Assembly: GCA_963830625.1 (NCBI GenBank)
Contig: CAWHMZ010000020.1
Coordinates: 1-64,000, forward strand
Direction of reading: 5' to 3'
DNA length: 64,000 nt
From: an uncultured Isosphaeraceae bacterium
Lineage (GTDB): Bacteria > Planctomycetota > Planctomycetia > Isosphaerales > Isosphaeraceae
The notes beneath the pieces were generated by a model, which worked only from the letters and a program-made list of their open reading frames with translations, made no database searches and had not been told where the DNA came from. Position numbers and translations under genes: made by a program. Positions 1 to 13,700 of this stretch are shown piece by piece (the first letter of the stretch is position 1; every line of letters begins with the position of its first letter).

Positions 1-1845
<1,845 letters not shown>

Positions 1846-2112
1846 GGTGGTGACTCACATCCGATCGAGGACGGCACAGTAACCACGACATCCCGGCCAC
1901 ACCGGGACGACATGATCGTATCTCCCCGTCAACGCACATGTCGACCAGGAGCAGCCCACCGTCGCGGCATCAATCGTGGGATGGTCCCTGACTGGCCAGC
2001 GCGGAGCTCGTTCCGAAGCCGTCCTGCGCCGCAAAGCTGGCACCGCACTGGATGGTTCATTCTTTGTTTTCCCTTGGTTAGCGTCGCCAACTGCGGCGCC
2101 CCTGTAGTCGCC

Positions 2113-2445
2113 TTACCGCGGGCGCCGGAAGGCGACGAAGGAGATGGTGTCGCGGGTCGTGACTGCGCCGCCGACGGTTTGCACGGTGCTTCGATTCAAG
2201 AGGTCGGTGACCAGTTCCCAGCCATCGCGGGCGTAATCGTTGAGCAGACGCTCGAACTGCGTCGCGCGGGCGTCGTCGCTCAGGCGTTCGCCGGGGTTGT
2301 AACTGAGGCTGACGACCTTGTAGTCGTATCGATGCTCTGCGCGGGTTTTCTGGGCCTCGGCCGGGGGCGCGATGAGCCCCCAGGCCAGAGTGACCGCCAC
2401 GAGGAAACAGAGAGCCAATCCGAACCAGGTCCTTCGGGCGTTCAT
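2113..2445 (-). CDS. Small secreted DUF4177-like protein.
   Basis: Internal ATG at 2445..2443 gives MNARRTWFGLALCFLVAVTLAWGLIAPPAEAQ (signal peptide), then YDYKVVSLSY...GWELV, typical of DUF4177. Confidence 0.6.
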   Translation of the reverse strand: MNARRTWFGLALCFLVAVTLAWGLIAPPAEAQKTRAEHRYDYKVVSLSYNPGERLSDDARATQFERLLNDYARDGWELVTDLLNRSTVQTVGGAVTTRDTISFVAFRRPR

Positions 2446-2640
2446 TGCCTTGCTCCTAGGGAAAAGCGTGTGGCGGCTTCGGCGGCCGATTCCGATGCCT
2501 GGGCGGTCATCGCCTTCCATGGTCGTACGCCGGCCCGCGTGCGGCAAGTCGAAGCGGTGGACGGAGGAATAAGGATAGTCCATCAAGCGAGTCGACCGAA
2601 CAAAAGTCCCGGTGAGGATCGTCGTTTTTCTCCGTTGCTA

Positions 2641-2830
2641 TCGGAACCCATGCACAATCTCCACGCTGAACAGGCAACGATCATCGCCGCGTCGCCTATG
2701 GTGCACGAGCCGGGCACGCTGCCGTACCGGATCGTCATCCACGACCTGGGCGACCAGCACGTCGTCCATACTCAGGTACTCGAGCCCAGAAGAGAGCCGT
2801 GGTAACACCAGGGCGATTACTTCCCAAAGC
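2641..2830. repeat. ~175-bp dispersed repeat 'B', copy 1. Copy 2 is at about 7150-7325.
   Basis: Direct nucleotide similarity read by eye, about 85% (atcatcgccgc.tcgcc..tggt.cacgag.cgggcacgctgcc.taccg.atcgtcatcc...ccgtggta.caccagggcgattactt). Confidence 0.8.
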
Positions 2831-2922
2831 GAAGCAATGCGGCGACGCCCGACGAGTCGGACGCGGCGGCGCTGCGTTAAGCCTGGGCTCGCTTCGAGTA
2901 GCGGGCATGTCGCTCGCTGCAC

Positions 2923-3159
2923 ATGGACCCACCACCAGCCAAGCGGCTGGCCGAGGTGTCGGACATCGCCGAGACGATCATCAACGCCCTGCTGCCCGAC
3001 GACGAGGACGATCGCCGGGACCTCGTCGACGACGACTATCAGCTCAAGTCGGACATCGAGACGTTCGAGGAGCTCACTGGCAAAGTCATCAAGCCCGAAG
3101 TTGACGAGCCGATCCTGGGTGACGAGATCGAGCTCGAGGACATCGAACGGTCAGTCTGA
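2923..3159 (+). CDS. Hypothetical acidic 78-aa protein.
   Basis: ORF only. Strongly acidic and low complexity; no recognisable domain. Confidence 0.25.
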   Translation: MDPPPAKRLAEVSDIAETIINALLPDDEDDRRDLVDDDYQLKSDIETFEELTGKVIKPEVDEPILGDEIELEDIERSV

Positions 3160-3376
3160 GCGGGCAGAGTTTGATCGCCGCCCGTATGCTGAAGGCGCGT
3201 CGGTGTCGTCGGACCGACGCGCGCAACGAGACAGTTGGTTAAGATGACCGGCCGATCCCTTCGCGAGCGCTCGGGGCGAACCGCGCGCTGAAGGAAGTCC
3301 TCGGCACCGGGGCGGCGTGAGTCAGCGGTGCAGCGGCGAACATCCAGGGGGAAGGGGCCGTTACCCGGGCCGTCGG

Positions 3377-5206
3377 CTACTGTTGCCGCTTGATCCATTT
3401 GTCGATCCGCTGTTCGAGCACGTCGAGCGGCAGCGGCCCGTCATCGATCAACGCGTTATGAAACTTGCGCAGGTCAAACTTCGCACCCAGCGCCTTGGCG
3501 GCCTTGGCGCGCAATTCCTGGATCTTCAGCTCCCCGATCTTGTAGCCGAGTGCTTGCCCCGGCCAGACGATATAGCGGTCGACTTCGGCGACGACGAAGC
3601 CCTCGGAGAGGCCGGAGTTCTCGTTCATGTAGGCGATGGCCTGCTCGCGGCTCCAGCCCAGGCTGTGCATGCCGGTGTCGACGACCAGGCGGCAGGCGCG
3701 GAGGATCTCGAACTGGAGCCGGCCGAACTTCGAGTACGGGTCCTTGTACAGCCCCAGGTCGTCGCCGAGGCTCTCGGCGTAGAGTCCCCACCCTTCGAGG
3801 TAGGCGTCGTACAGGGCATTGCGGCGGAAGTCGGGCAGGCCCTTGAGCTCCTGGGCGCGGGCGACCTGCAAATGATGGCCGGGCACGGCCTCGTGCAGCA
3901 GCAGCGCCTCCATTTCATGCCGGGGCCGGGTCGCCCCCCGGAGCGTCATGGCATTGAAGTAGCCGGCTCGGGAGCCGTCGGACGCACCCGGCGTATAATG
4001 TTCGGCGGTCTGCCCGCGGAACGCGGGGATCTCCCGGATGCCGTAGGGCGTGCGCGGCAGCTCGGCGAACAGCTTCGGCAGCTCGGGATCGACGCGCTTG
4101 GCGATGTCCCGGAATGCCGGCAGGACCTCGTCCGGGGGCACCGGAGCAAAGCGCGGGTCGGTATGCAGCCATTTCACGAAGTCCGGGAGCGAGCCCGAGA
4201 AGCCCGTCTGCCGGATGACGTCGTCCATGGCCCGGCGGATCCGCTGCACTTCGCGTTGGCCGATCTCGTGGATCTCGCGGGGAGATAGCTCGGTCGTCGT
4301 CCACAATCGGACCTGCGCCTGGTAGTAGTCGGCACCGCCCGGCAGGCGAGACGCGGCGATCTCCTGCCGGCAGGCGGGGAGATAGGTCCCGGCGATGAAC
4401 TGATGCAGCCTCTTCAGTGCGGGAATGATCGATCCGGCGATCGCCTCGCGCGCCCGGGCCGCGAGCCGCGGGCGATCGGCCGCGGCGATCACGTCGGGGA
4501 AGTTCTCGAACGGCTTGTAGAGCGGGCTCTTCGTGACGTCTTCGACCCACTGCTTCTCGATCTGCGGCAGGACCTTGCGGATCGGCACGGCCGACGGCAC
4601 CCAGCCGGCGGCCATCCCGCGTTTCATGAGCTCGACGACTTGATCGACCTGCCGCGGATACGCCGCCAGGCGGGCCAGGAAGTCGTCGTAGTTCTTGGTG
4701 GTGCGCAACGGCGCGAGGCGGGGCAATTCGGGAATACTGATGTGCACGCCGCTCATCTGGCAGACGGGCATCCATTCGTGAGGGATCGCGTACCTCCCCA
4801 ACGGAATCATCCCTGCCGGGAAGCGCTGGAGTGCCACGCTCTGCTCCGCGTCGCGGCGGAACAGGTCGTAGGACAGGACATCCTGACCCGCTCAGGCGTG
4901 CGCGGTCGATCTCGCGGATCGCCGGAGCACGTCCCGCTCGTGCGCCTTGCGCCGGTCCATCGCCGCCGCCGAGAGGTCGGTCAGCTTGTCGTTGTACCGA
5001 GGATCGCCGACGACGGTGGCGATCTCGGGATACTCTCGGAGGCGCCATTGCCACTCCGTGTAGAAGAGGGCCTGGAGCCTCTTCGCTTCCCGGTCCGCCG
5101 GACTCTCCGCGCAGGCCGGCCCGGCGAGCGTCAGGAGCAATGACGGGCAGACCAGGGCGACAATCATCCACCGGGCCATGGCAGTGCACAGGGTCGATCG
5201 TCTCAT
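3377..5206 (-). CDS. DUF885 family protein with an N-terminal signal peptide. Frameshift/interruption near 4837-4892.
   Basis: The 486-aa ORF carries DUF885-like motifs (HEAVPGHHLQ, GWGLYAE). The upstream 104-aa ORF 4892..5206 begins with a signal peptide (MARWMIVALVCPSLLLTLAGPACAES) and is the N-terminus, in a different frame. Confidence 0.7.
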
Positions 5207-5559
5207 CGGGCGGGCCCTCCAGATGGGTTTCGACGACGATGCACGCTAGGCGATGCAATTCCGGCGAAGTTATATCGTTGCGTTGGGTGCGCCGGCCTTC
5301 AAGCCTTTCGGTCAGGAAACGGAGCCGTCTCCGACATCAAGAATCTCGACGAGCTGCGTCTCCAGCCAGTCGACGTGTTCTTCCGATTCGGCCATCCGAC
5401 GCCTCCCGCACGGACGCCAAGGTCGAAGGAATTTGAGGCGATCACATTACAAGACGTCGGCAGCCTCCCTCTATCGGAGAGGAGCCTTCGCCGAGGCGGG
5501 ATCAGGGAAATCTTCGACCTCTCAACGTCTGTCTCCCATTCTGGTCTAGGTGCCCCGGC

Positions 5560-6110
5560 TGATTGCGCCTTCGGCCTGATCGACCGAAGCAGTTCTCCTC
5601 GCTTAAGCCGAACCCGGCGCCTCATCTCTCGCGTCCAGCAATCACTCCTCTCGCCGGGGACTCTACGCTGACAGTCTTCGTCGCCTAGATCTCAGCAACC
5701 GCTTGACCACCGCCACTGCCGTGGCACTCAACTCAGCGCCGTCGGTCACGGTCCTTTCCCTCACGAGCAGGCGCTCTACGCTGCGCGCTATTCACAGGAG
5801 TTCCTCACCCCCATGTAACCCACGTAGTTTTCCATGGCAACCTTTTATCTCGTCGTCGACGAGCTCGTCCCCCACCGCGGGTGTCAGTTTCGCGTGCGAA
5901 TGTGGCGCCAGGCAGGCCTGCCGCCTCTGGTACTCTGTTCTCAAGTGCCCGGCCACCCGCCGCCTAGCGTATGCAGTAGCTTCCTGGCCAACCTAACGCT
6001 CAGGAACTTCCTGGGCTATTGCCTGCCGATCCCCGTGTTTTTCGAGCTCAGCGAGTGGAAACAACAGACCCGGGCGTGGCGGGTCCGCTTCGCGCGGCGT
6101 CGCATGACAC
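5560..6110 (+). repeat. ~530-bp duplicated module 'A', copy 1. It contains ORF 5834..~6100, which encodes a conserved ~85-130 aa protein (MATFYLVVDELVPHRGCQF...). Copy 2 is at 15290-15830.
   Basis: About 88% nucleotide identity to 15290-15830 across both the upstream non-coding part and the ORF. Codon differences are mostly synonymous. Confidence 0.8.
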
Positions 6111-6222
6111 CCATCGTCTGGCGGAATCATGGCATCCATGGAGGGTTGGCTTGCGAACCGTGCATATCTGCTTCAAGTTCGGTGGGTGTCTGCTTCGCGT
6201 TCACCCCCGCCAGCCCCATACA

Positions 6223-7027
6223 TCAACGCGAGCCGCCTTCCAAGCCAGTCTCGTCGGATTGTTGCGCCTTAAGCTGCGCCCGGGCCGCGATCATCGTCTG
6301 GTGGAGCTTCTTCTGAAGGAGCCGCCTTGGCGGAAGCTCCGTAAGGTAGGACGCCACCCGGATGCCGCTCTTGTCGAGCTGGAGGAGTTCAACTCGCTCA
6401 TCCCCCTTCCCAGCGCAAAGAATCAGCCCGATTGGAGTCCCCTCCCCGGGCTCCATCTCATGCTTCTCCAGCCAGCGGAGGTACAGCTCCATCTAGCCCT
6501 TGTCGGCCGCCTTGAAGTGCTCCAACTTCAGATCCACGGCAACCAGCCGACGGAGCTTCCGGTGATAGAACAACAAATCGAGATAGAAGTCCTCCCCGTC
6601 GATCACGATCCGCTTCTGACGGGCGATGAAGCTGAAGCCGACCCCCAGTTCGAGGATGAACCGCTCCATCTCGCGCAAGATCGCCGCCTCCAAATCTTTC
6701 TCGGCGTACGCGTCCTTTTTGATCATGCGGAACAGATTCGGCCGCGAAGTAGCCGCTGCCGAATTCAGCGCTCAATTGTCTCGACGGTGTTGAGACAATC
6801 TGCTCGCCGTACGCGGCGCGACGCGAGTCGAGGATCTCGCCCCGGATGCGCCGGCCGACCTGCCAGTAGTGCACCACCAGCGCCGAGTTGACAGCCTGGG
6901 CCACACCTAGACGGGCGGAACGAATCAGCTCCCGCAGATCGCGGAGCACCTTCACAGGGGACGGCGTGCCGCCCGGCCGCATCCTCACCGTCGGCACCGC
7001 GCCGTCTTGTGCTCGTTTCCTAACCAT
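6223..7027 (-). pseudogene. DUF1016/YhcG-like PDDEXK nuclease gene, disrupted: in-frame TAG at about 6493 and a 1-nt frameshift near 6750.
   Basis: Pieces WQVGRRIRGEIL...RAAYGEQIVS...EFGSG, NLFRMIKK, EKDLEAAILREMERFILELGVGFSFIARQKRIVIDGEDFYLDLLFYHRKLRRLVAVDLKL and GKFKAADKG*MELYLRW...IGLILCAGK match the YhcG family in order but are spread over two frames with one stop. Confidence 0.75.
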
Positions 7028-7449
7028 GCCACAAGGTTACCGGATGACACGGTGAAATCCAGGACCTTCCAAGAAACCGCTGGTCCGGCGGAATCATGGC
7101 ATCAATGGACGGCTGACTCACGAGCCTTGGGCGTCTGCTGCGCGCTCTCGACACCGAGCAATGAACTATCATCGCCGCATCGCCCGTGGTTCACGAGTCG
7201 GGCACGCTGCCATACCGTATCGTCATCCGCGATCTGGGCGATCAGCACGTCGTCCACACCCAGGTGCTCGAGCCGGGAAGAGAGCCGTGGTATCACCAGG
7301 GCGATTACTTCGCCAAGCTGGGCGATGCGCCTGGCGTTATTCTCCAGAGCCAGTCCGCCGCCGATGCCACCGCCGCCGCCGCCACCGCTGGCCCGGGTCT
7401 AGATGATGCAGCTAGAGGAGACGCTCAGCGTGGCCTGGTTGACAATACC

Positions 7450-7629
7450 AGCCCCAATGACGGCGGAGTTGCCGCTGATCGTGCAGTTGGAAAGCGTCGC
7501 CGAAAAAGCGGTTACTCCGACTGGAAGAAGTACTATTACGTCGACGGTCATCCCAATCCCGCCGGCGCGAGGAAAATCGCCGAGGCGATCTTTGACGAAT
7601 CGATTGCTGCGCGGCTGGCACGCAGGTGA
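7450..7629 (+). pseudogene. C-terminal fragment of an SGNH/GDSL hydrolase (block V DGxHP), embedded in a mosaic of repeat fragments.
   Basis: YYVDGHPNPAGARKIAEAIF at the end of ORF 7186..7629. Upstream of it, the ORF is built from repeat B and a fragment that matches the beta-helix repeat gene (ggcggagttgccgctgatcgtgcagttgg). Confidence 0.45.
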
Positions 7630-7717
7630 AACGATTGGTCAGGTACTTCCTTCGAGGGCGTCGGTGCCGTGGCATCGGATCGGTTTGGACCGGGAGGGGC
7701 GGCGGAGTTTGCCCGGC

Positions 7718-8323
7718 TCAGCCGTTGGCCTTGTCCTTCACCTCGGTGACGGAGACGTCGTCGATCGCCGGGCCGCAGTTGCCGTCGTCCCGGTCGAGGG
7801 AATAGATCTCCAGGGTCGTGGTGTCATCGGCCGCAGTGAAGGTCCATTTCTTCCGAGTCCAGCGGATCTCTGGGCTGGGATTGTCGGTGGCATCGGCGCT
7901 GAAGGCCTCCTTCTCGCCGGCGGCGCGGACGAGGAGCTTCACCTTCCCATCGCCGCCGTACGTTGCGGGCGTCGCGGCCATCTGGAATTGGACGCAGTAG
8001 CGGTGGCCTTTCTGGGTCGTGAAGGACTGCTTGATCCCGCCGAAGCCCGGCGAGCCGTTCAAGTCCACGCTCTTCTTGCCGGCAGCGGCCTTCCAGTGCC
8101 GCGAGCCGATCAGGTCGATCTGACCCCGTGTCACGACCCAGCCCTTGATGGCGTCTGATCCCTCGTCGAGCGAGTGGTAGCCATCGACGTCCGGGCTGTC
8201 CTCGAAGCTGCCGTTAATGATCAGGTTGCCGTCCGGTTCCTGCCCGGCGACCCCGACCGTCAGGCCGATCATTCCCACCACCATGGACGCCACGCCCATC
8301 ATCATCTTCTCCCGGTTCCGCAT
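7718..8323 (-). CDS. DUF642 / choice-of-anchor-C family secreted protein.
   Basis: Start ATG at 8323..8321, preceded by GGGAGG about 7 nt upstream on the coding strand. Signal peptide MRNREKMMMGVASMVVGMIGLTVGVAG. Motifs NLIINGSFE, GW, IDLIGS and GPAIDDVSV follow the DUF642 pattern. Confidence 0.7.
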   Translation of the reverse strand: MRNREKMMMGVASMVVGMIGLTVGVAGQEPDGNLIINGSFEDSPDVDGYHSLDEGSDAIKGWVVTRGQIDLIGSRHWKAAAGKKSVDLNGSPGFGGIKQSFTTQKGHRYCVQFQMAATPATYGGDGKVKLLVRAAGEKEAFSADATDNPSPEIRWTRKKWTFTAADDTTTLEIYSLDRDDGNCGPAIDDVSVTEVKDKANG

Positions 8324-8422
8324 GCGAATCCTCCCTTCGATCATCCAACCCGGATGCATCGGTCGAATCAAAATCTTACTAAAGCGGGACCCCTCCGCAA
8401 GACCCGGCCGTCGCGGTGGCAC

Positions 8423-10472
8423 TCAGAGGTACGTCACGGTGCCATAGATGTTGTCGTTGCTGAAGGAGGCGAAGTTGAGCGCGACCGTCGTTTTCTTGAG
8501 CGTGACCGTGCCGCCGGTGGCGACGTAAAGGCCACCGCCGATGCCGTCGCCGTCGCTGCCACCCGCGCCAGGCAGGCCGCCGAGAGCCAGGTTCAGGGCG
8601 ACATCCGACTGATCGATGGTTGCGAAGCCGTCGGACCCGACGAAGACGGCGCCGCCCCAGCCGTTGCCGCCGTCGGCTCCCGAGCCGCCGCGGCCGCCTT
8701 GGGCCACGTTGCCGATCAGCGAGCTGTTACTGAGGGCGAGCGATGACGTGTCCGAGCCACCCAGGATGCTGTCGATGGCCACGGCAATGGCGCCGCCGAT
8801 GCCGTCGCCGCCGTTGGCCCCTGCGCCGCCGGCGCCGCCGATGGCGAAGTTGCCCAGGAACTTGGTATTGGTGACGGTCGCGGTCGCGTTGTTGCCAAGG
8901 GCGAGACCACCGCCGATTCCATCGCCACCGGCGCTCGCCGCTGGCCCCTGCGCCCCCGATTGCCGCGTTACCAGTCAGCAGGCTGTTGGAAAGCACGAGA
9001 CTCCCGCCGCTGTTGAAGATGCCGCCGCCGATGCCATTGCCACCGGAGCCGCCTCTGGCCTGGTTGTTCATGATGTTGCTGGAGGTGGCGGTCAGCGTAG
9101 CCTGGTTGAAAATGCCGCCGCCGGCGACGGCGGAGTTGCCCCTGATCGTGCAGTTGGTCAGCGTCATCGAGCCGCCGTACGAGTTGTCCAGGCCGCCGCC
9201 GTTGCCGCCGGCGGTGTTGCCGCTGACCGTGCAGTTGGTCAGCGTTGTCGAACTGCCGGAATAGTTGGCCAGGCCGCCGCCGTTGCCGCCAGCGGTGTTA
9301 CCGCTGACCGTGCAGTTGATAAGCGTCGCCGAACCGCCGTAGAAGTTATCCAGGCCGCCACCGTTGGCGCCGGTGGAGTTGCCGCTGATCGTGCAGTTGG
9401 TCAGCGTCATGGCCCCTTTGTTGTACACGCCGCCGCCGCTGTAGATCGTCGAAGTGCTGGAGTTGCCGCTCACGATGCAGTTGATCAGCGTCGCAGAACA
9501 TGTGTAGGAGTTGCCCAGGCCGCCGTCGTAGTCGGCGGTATTATCGCGGATGGTGCAGCCAATCAACGTGGCCGTGCCACCGAATACGGACACGCCGCCG
9601 TCGGCGCCGCTTGAGGCGGAATTGCCGGTAATCTTGCAGTCGATCAGTGTGCTCATGGTCCCCCAGATGACCGCACCGCCGCCGGGGACGCCAATCTCGG
9701 GCATGGTATTCTCGCTAATGGTGCAGTCGGTCAGTGTGTTCGTGCCGTACAGGGACACGCCGCCACCGCCGCCGCTGCTGGCTGTATTGCCGCTGATGGT
9801 GCAGTCGGTCAGCGTGGTCGTGTTATGGCCATAGTAGGACGTGTATATGCCGCCGCCGCCCAAGAAAGTCGCATTGGCGGAGTTGCCGCTGATCGTGCAG
9901 TGGGTCAGCGTAAGCGAACCGGAGGTCTGGTCGAGGCCGCCGCCGGTCCCGGAGGCCGAATTGCCGCTCACCGTGCAGTCCGTCAGTGTGACCGAGCCCC
10001 CGTCGTTGTACAGGCCGCCGCCATTCCCGGTGGTCGAACCCTCCGTGATGGTCAGGCCGCTGAAGTTGGCCGTCACGCCGCCATCCACCTGGAACACCCG
10101 GCTGGCCCCGCCGCCGCTGATGGTTAGATTGCTGGCCCCCAGCCCGTCGATGGTGAGATTCACTCCGATCGTGAGCGGCCCCGAGCTGAGCATGATCGTC
10201 TCCCCCTTGAGACTGTTGGCGAAGTCGATCGTTTCGCCACTGGCGGCCGTGGTGATGGCGGCACGGAGCGACCCCGGGCCGCTGTCCTGGTTGTTGATGA
10301 CCGTCACCGTGCTGAGCAAGGTACGGTCTTCCATCAGAGCCACCCGCGGCAAGAACCGCCGACGACTGGATCGTGTACCGTCGCGCCGTCTCCGCGACAA
10401 GAACCGCGAGCGTGGCACGCTTCCATTCCACGGATTTGCGGACTGGAACATAACAGGTGACTCCTGTTGCAA
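8423..10472 (-). CDS. Right-handed parallel beta-helix repeat protein (about 22-aa 'LTNCTxSGNxAxxGGGL' repeats). Secreted. Frameshifted in the 8750-8950 region.
   Basis: The 581-aa ORF has the N-terminal motif RRRFLPRVALMEDRTLLSTVTVINNQDSGPGSLRAAI followed by many CTISGN/CTVSGN repeats. The C-terminal 119-aa ORF 8423..8782 continues the Gly-rich beta-helix in another frame. Confidence 0.75.
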
Positions 10473-10520
10473 GTGAGAAACGATTCTCGGGACCCCATTG
10501 CATGAAACGGCACGATCAGA

Positions 10521-10640
10521 ATGCTCAGTGGGCTGTCACCGGGCGGGGTCGATGAGGGCCTGGGGTTGGGCCCAGAGCGCATCCCATTCTTTCCGCCCGG
10601 CCTCGGGGAGCTTCGCGAGGGTTCCTGTTCGCCGGCCTCT
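10521..10640 (-). pseudogene. Remnant (about 35 codons) of the 3' end of a paralogous kinase/TPR gene.
   Basis: The minus-strand translation ...LAKLPEAGRKEWDALWAQPQALIDPAR* parallels the true gene end ...LAKLSESERKEWNALWAEVQALIDRARKKAH* at 10721. Confidence 0.6.
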
Positions 10641-10720
10641 ACCAATGTGAACGGCGATCCTCTCCGATGGTCACACGAATCCGCGCGGGTTTATGCGGCT
10701 TCCTCGCTCGATCAAAACGC

Positions 10721-13700
10721 TCAGTGAGCCTTTTTCCGGGCGCGGTCGATGAGGGCCTGGACTTCGGCCCAGAGCGCGTTCCATTCTTTTCGCTCGGACT
10801 CGGAGAGCTTCGCGAGGGCCTCGGGACCGCGAACGCAGGCGAGATCGGCGTCGATTTGCGAGTGACGCAGGTGGTTTTGCACCCCAGCGCGGTCTGCCGG
10901 CTTGGCGGTCTCGAGCTGCTTGGCTCGCGCGATCAGGTCGGACCGCAGCCAGTCGAGCGCCTGTTTCCGCAGTCGAGCTCGCTCTTGGTCGTCAAGCTCG
11001 GCTGCGTCCGTGCCTTTCCCGGCGGCGGCCAGAGCGGCGAAACAGGCAGCGTTGTAGCGGTGCGCGGCCTCAAGGTTTTCGGCCAGCTTGGGGTCGGCGG
11101 CGAAGGCTTCGGCGTACAGGCGGGTTGACGTGCGATAGAGCTTCTGGATCTGGGCCCACTCGGCCAGGACGAGGCGTTCGTCGTTGCTCGGCGGCGTGTA
11201 ACTTCCGCCTTTGAAGGCGGGGAGCTTGTCCCGCGCCCCGGCCAATCGCTGCACTCTCGCGAGTTGGTTTCGCGCCGCGACGAACTTCGGGTCGAGCTTG
11301 ATGGCCGTGCGGAAACACGTGATGGATTCGTCGATCCGGCCGATGCCCGCGAGCGTATCGCCCAGGTTCATGTGGGCGTAGAAGTAATTCGGGTCGACCT
11401 CGATGGCCTTCTCGTAGTAGGCGATGGCCTGGTCGACCTGGCCCCTTTGTTTGTGGAGATAACCCAGCTTGTTGTAGGCATCGGCGAAGTTCGGTTCGAG
11501 CTCGATGGCCCTGCGGAAACAGGCGATGGCTTCGTCCACCCGGCCCTTGTCCGTCGAGCGCAATGCCCAAGTTGTTGTGCAAGATCGCGAACTTCGGGTC
11601 GAGCTCGATGGCCTTGCGGAAATTGGCGATGGCTTCGTCGACCTGGCCCTTGTGCGCCGAGCGCACCGCCCAGGTTGATGTAGGCCGGAGCGCACTTCGG
11701 GTCGAGCTCGATGGCCTTGCAGTAACTGGCGATGGCCTCGTCCAGTTGGCCGTGGAGTTGCAGCGCGAAGCCGAGGTTGACGTGGGCCCTCGTGTCATTG
11801 GGCCGATTGCGGACCTTTTCGCTCAACGCGGCAACGGCTCGCTCGAAGAGCGGCCCGGCCTCACCGGCGCGGCCGCGACCCTTGAGATGATTACCGAGGG
11901 AAATCAGGGACAGGGCGTCCTGGGGCCGGCGGCGGACCAGGTCGCGAAAGACCGCCTCGGACTCCTCGTACCGCCCGAGCTTCTCGAGTGCGTGGGCCAG
12001 TGGATCGGCCAGCTCGGGGCGGAGGGCGCGAGCCGCGGCATACGCCGCGATCGCCTCGTCCCGGCGCGGCGGCGTCATCCGCAGGAGCAGTTGGCCCAAA
12101 GTGTACTGGACCCAGACGTCCGTCGGGTGAATGCCCGAGGCGCGGCGCAGCACCCGCACTCCGGCTTCCACGTCGCCAGCCTCGGCAAGCGTGTTCCCGA
12201 GCAGCACCAGGCTCGCCGCCGACCAATCCGCCGCCTCGACACGCGCCGCGAGCGGGCGAACTTGCTCCAGAAACCGTGCCTTGTCGCCGACTGCCAGGGC
12301 TGCGCGGACGGCGTCGCGCAGGGGGTCGGGGTCAGCGGCGCGGGCGACCGCGATAAGCTTGGGCGAATCCTCGTTTTTGGGCTTGAGGCGGCTCTCCCCG
12401 AAGGTCCGGTAATACACGTCCGAGAACGCCGAGCGGCGCAGCGTTTCGGGTCGGGCAGCGCGCACGGTGGTCCAGTCGTCGAGGGCCGCGACCACCGCGC
12501 GGCGCACCGATTCCGGCCGGGCCGTGATCAGGGCCGCTGCCTGCTTCACGTCCATTCCGTCAACATCGATGCCGGCCGCGCGGAAAGCGTCGGAATAGGC
12601 GGCGTCAGTCACCTGGCCGTAGAAGTCGTTCACCTTGGCGCCCCGGATCTCGACCAGCTTGTCCAAGAGCACGCGATCGCGCTTGGCGGCAGCGGCCCCG
12701 GCCTGGACTTCGGCGTCAAGGGCCGCCAGTTGTTGTCGGATGGCGGGGTCGCCGCCCTCGTCCAGGGCCGTCTGGGCGCGTTTCAGGCCCTCCAGCGCCG
12801 TCTGCCAGCGGGCGAGGTCTTCAGGGTACGCCACGGCCTGGTCGCGCAGGCAGCGCCGCTTCCTTGAGCGCCAGTGCCAGCCGCGCCGCTCCCGCTTGGC
12901 GTTGCTGGAGCCAGTATGTCAGTCCGAGACCGCCCACCACTGACAAAGTCAGCAAGCTCGCGGCGACCACGGTCGTCAACCGACGGCGGTCCCGCTCCTC
13001 GACACTGGCCAGCTCGGCCCGCCTCATCCGCTCCTGCACGCTGGCCAGGTAGGCAGTCATCCGCTCGGCGACCGCCGAAGCTTCGTGCGGGCGGTCCTCG
13101 CGCTCGCGGGCGAGGCAGTCCTTCGCCAGCGCGATCAGCTCCGCGTCCGCGCCGGATGAATCCAGACGCTGTAAGGCATCGACCGTGTCACCCAGCGCCG
13201 CCGTGCGCTGGATCTCGGCGGAGCCGCGCCCCGTGAAGGCTGGCTCGCCCGTCAGCACCTCGCAGAGGATCGACCCGAGGGCGAAGACATCGGCCCGCTC
13301 ATCAACCTGGTCGACTTCGCCACGGGCCTGCTCGGCGCCATGTACGAGGGCGTGCCCATGATCGAGCCGGGCGGGACCGGACGGCGTCGGAGTCGGACCC
13401 GGAGCGCGCCGTGGCGATCACCGTCTCGTCGCGGGTCTGGCCCGCGCGGGCGTCGTCGACCACACCGCCGCGCGGCAGCACCTTGGCTAACCCCCAGTCC
13501 ATCACCTGCACTTCACCGAAGCTGCCCACCATCACGTTCGACGGCTTCAGGTCGCGATGGATCACGCCGCGGGCATGGGCGTAGGCCATCGTCTGGCAGA
13601 CAGCTTGGAAGATCACCAGGAATCGAGGCAGGCCGTCGGCAGGTCCGCCGCGCTGGGCCAGGAGCTGCGCCAGGGTGTGCCCCTTGACCAGCTTCATGGC

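Noticed and set aside
3915-5258. 447-aa minus-strand ORF overlapping the DUF885 gene
   Set aside because: An alternate frame of the DUF885 gene. It is extremely Arg/Pro/Gly-rich with no motifs. The DUF885 frame carries the real signal peptide and conserved motifs.
8616-10476. Plus-strand ORFs 8616..9614, 8986..9264, 9550..9834, 9825..10127 and 9841..10476, with 'GGVAADRAVGQR' repeats
   Set aside because: These are reverse-strand translations of the repetitive beta-helix gene. The periodic peptides only mirror the DNA repeat.
11264-12867. Plus-strand ORFs inside the TPR region (11264..11683, 11563..12867, 11988..12356)
   Set aside because: Antisense to TPR repeats that have clear TPR consensus on the minus strand.
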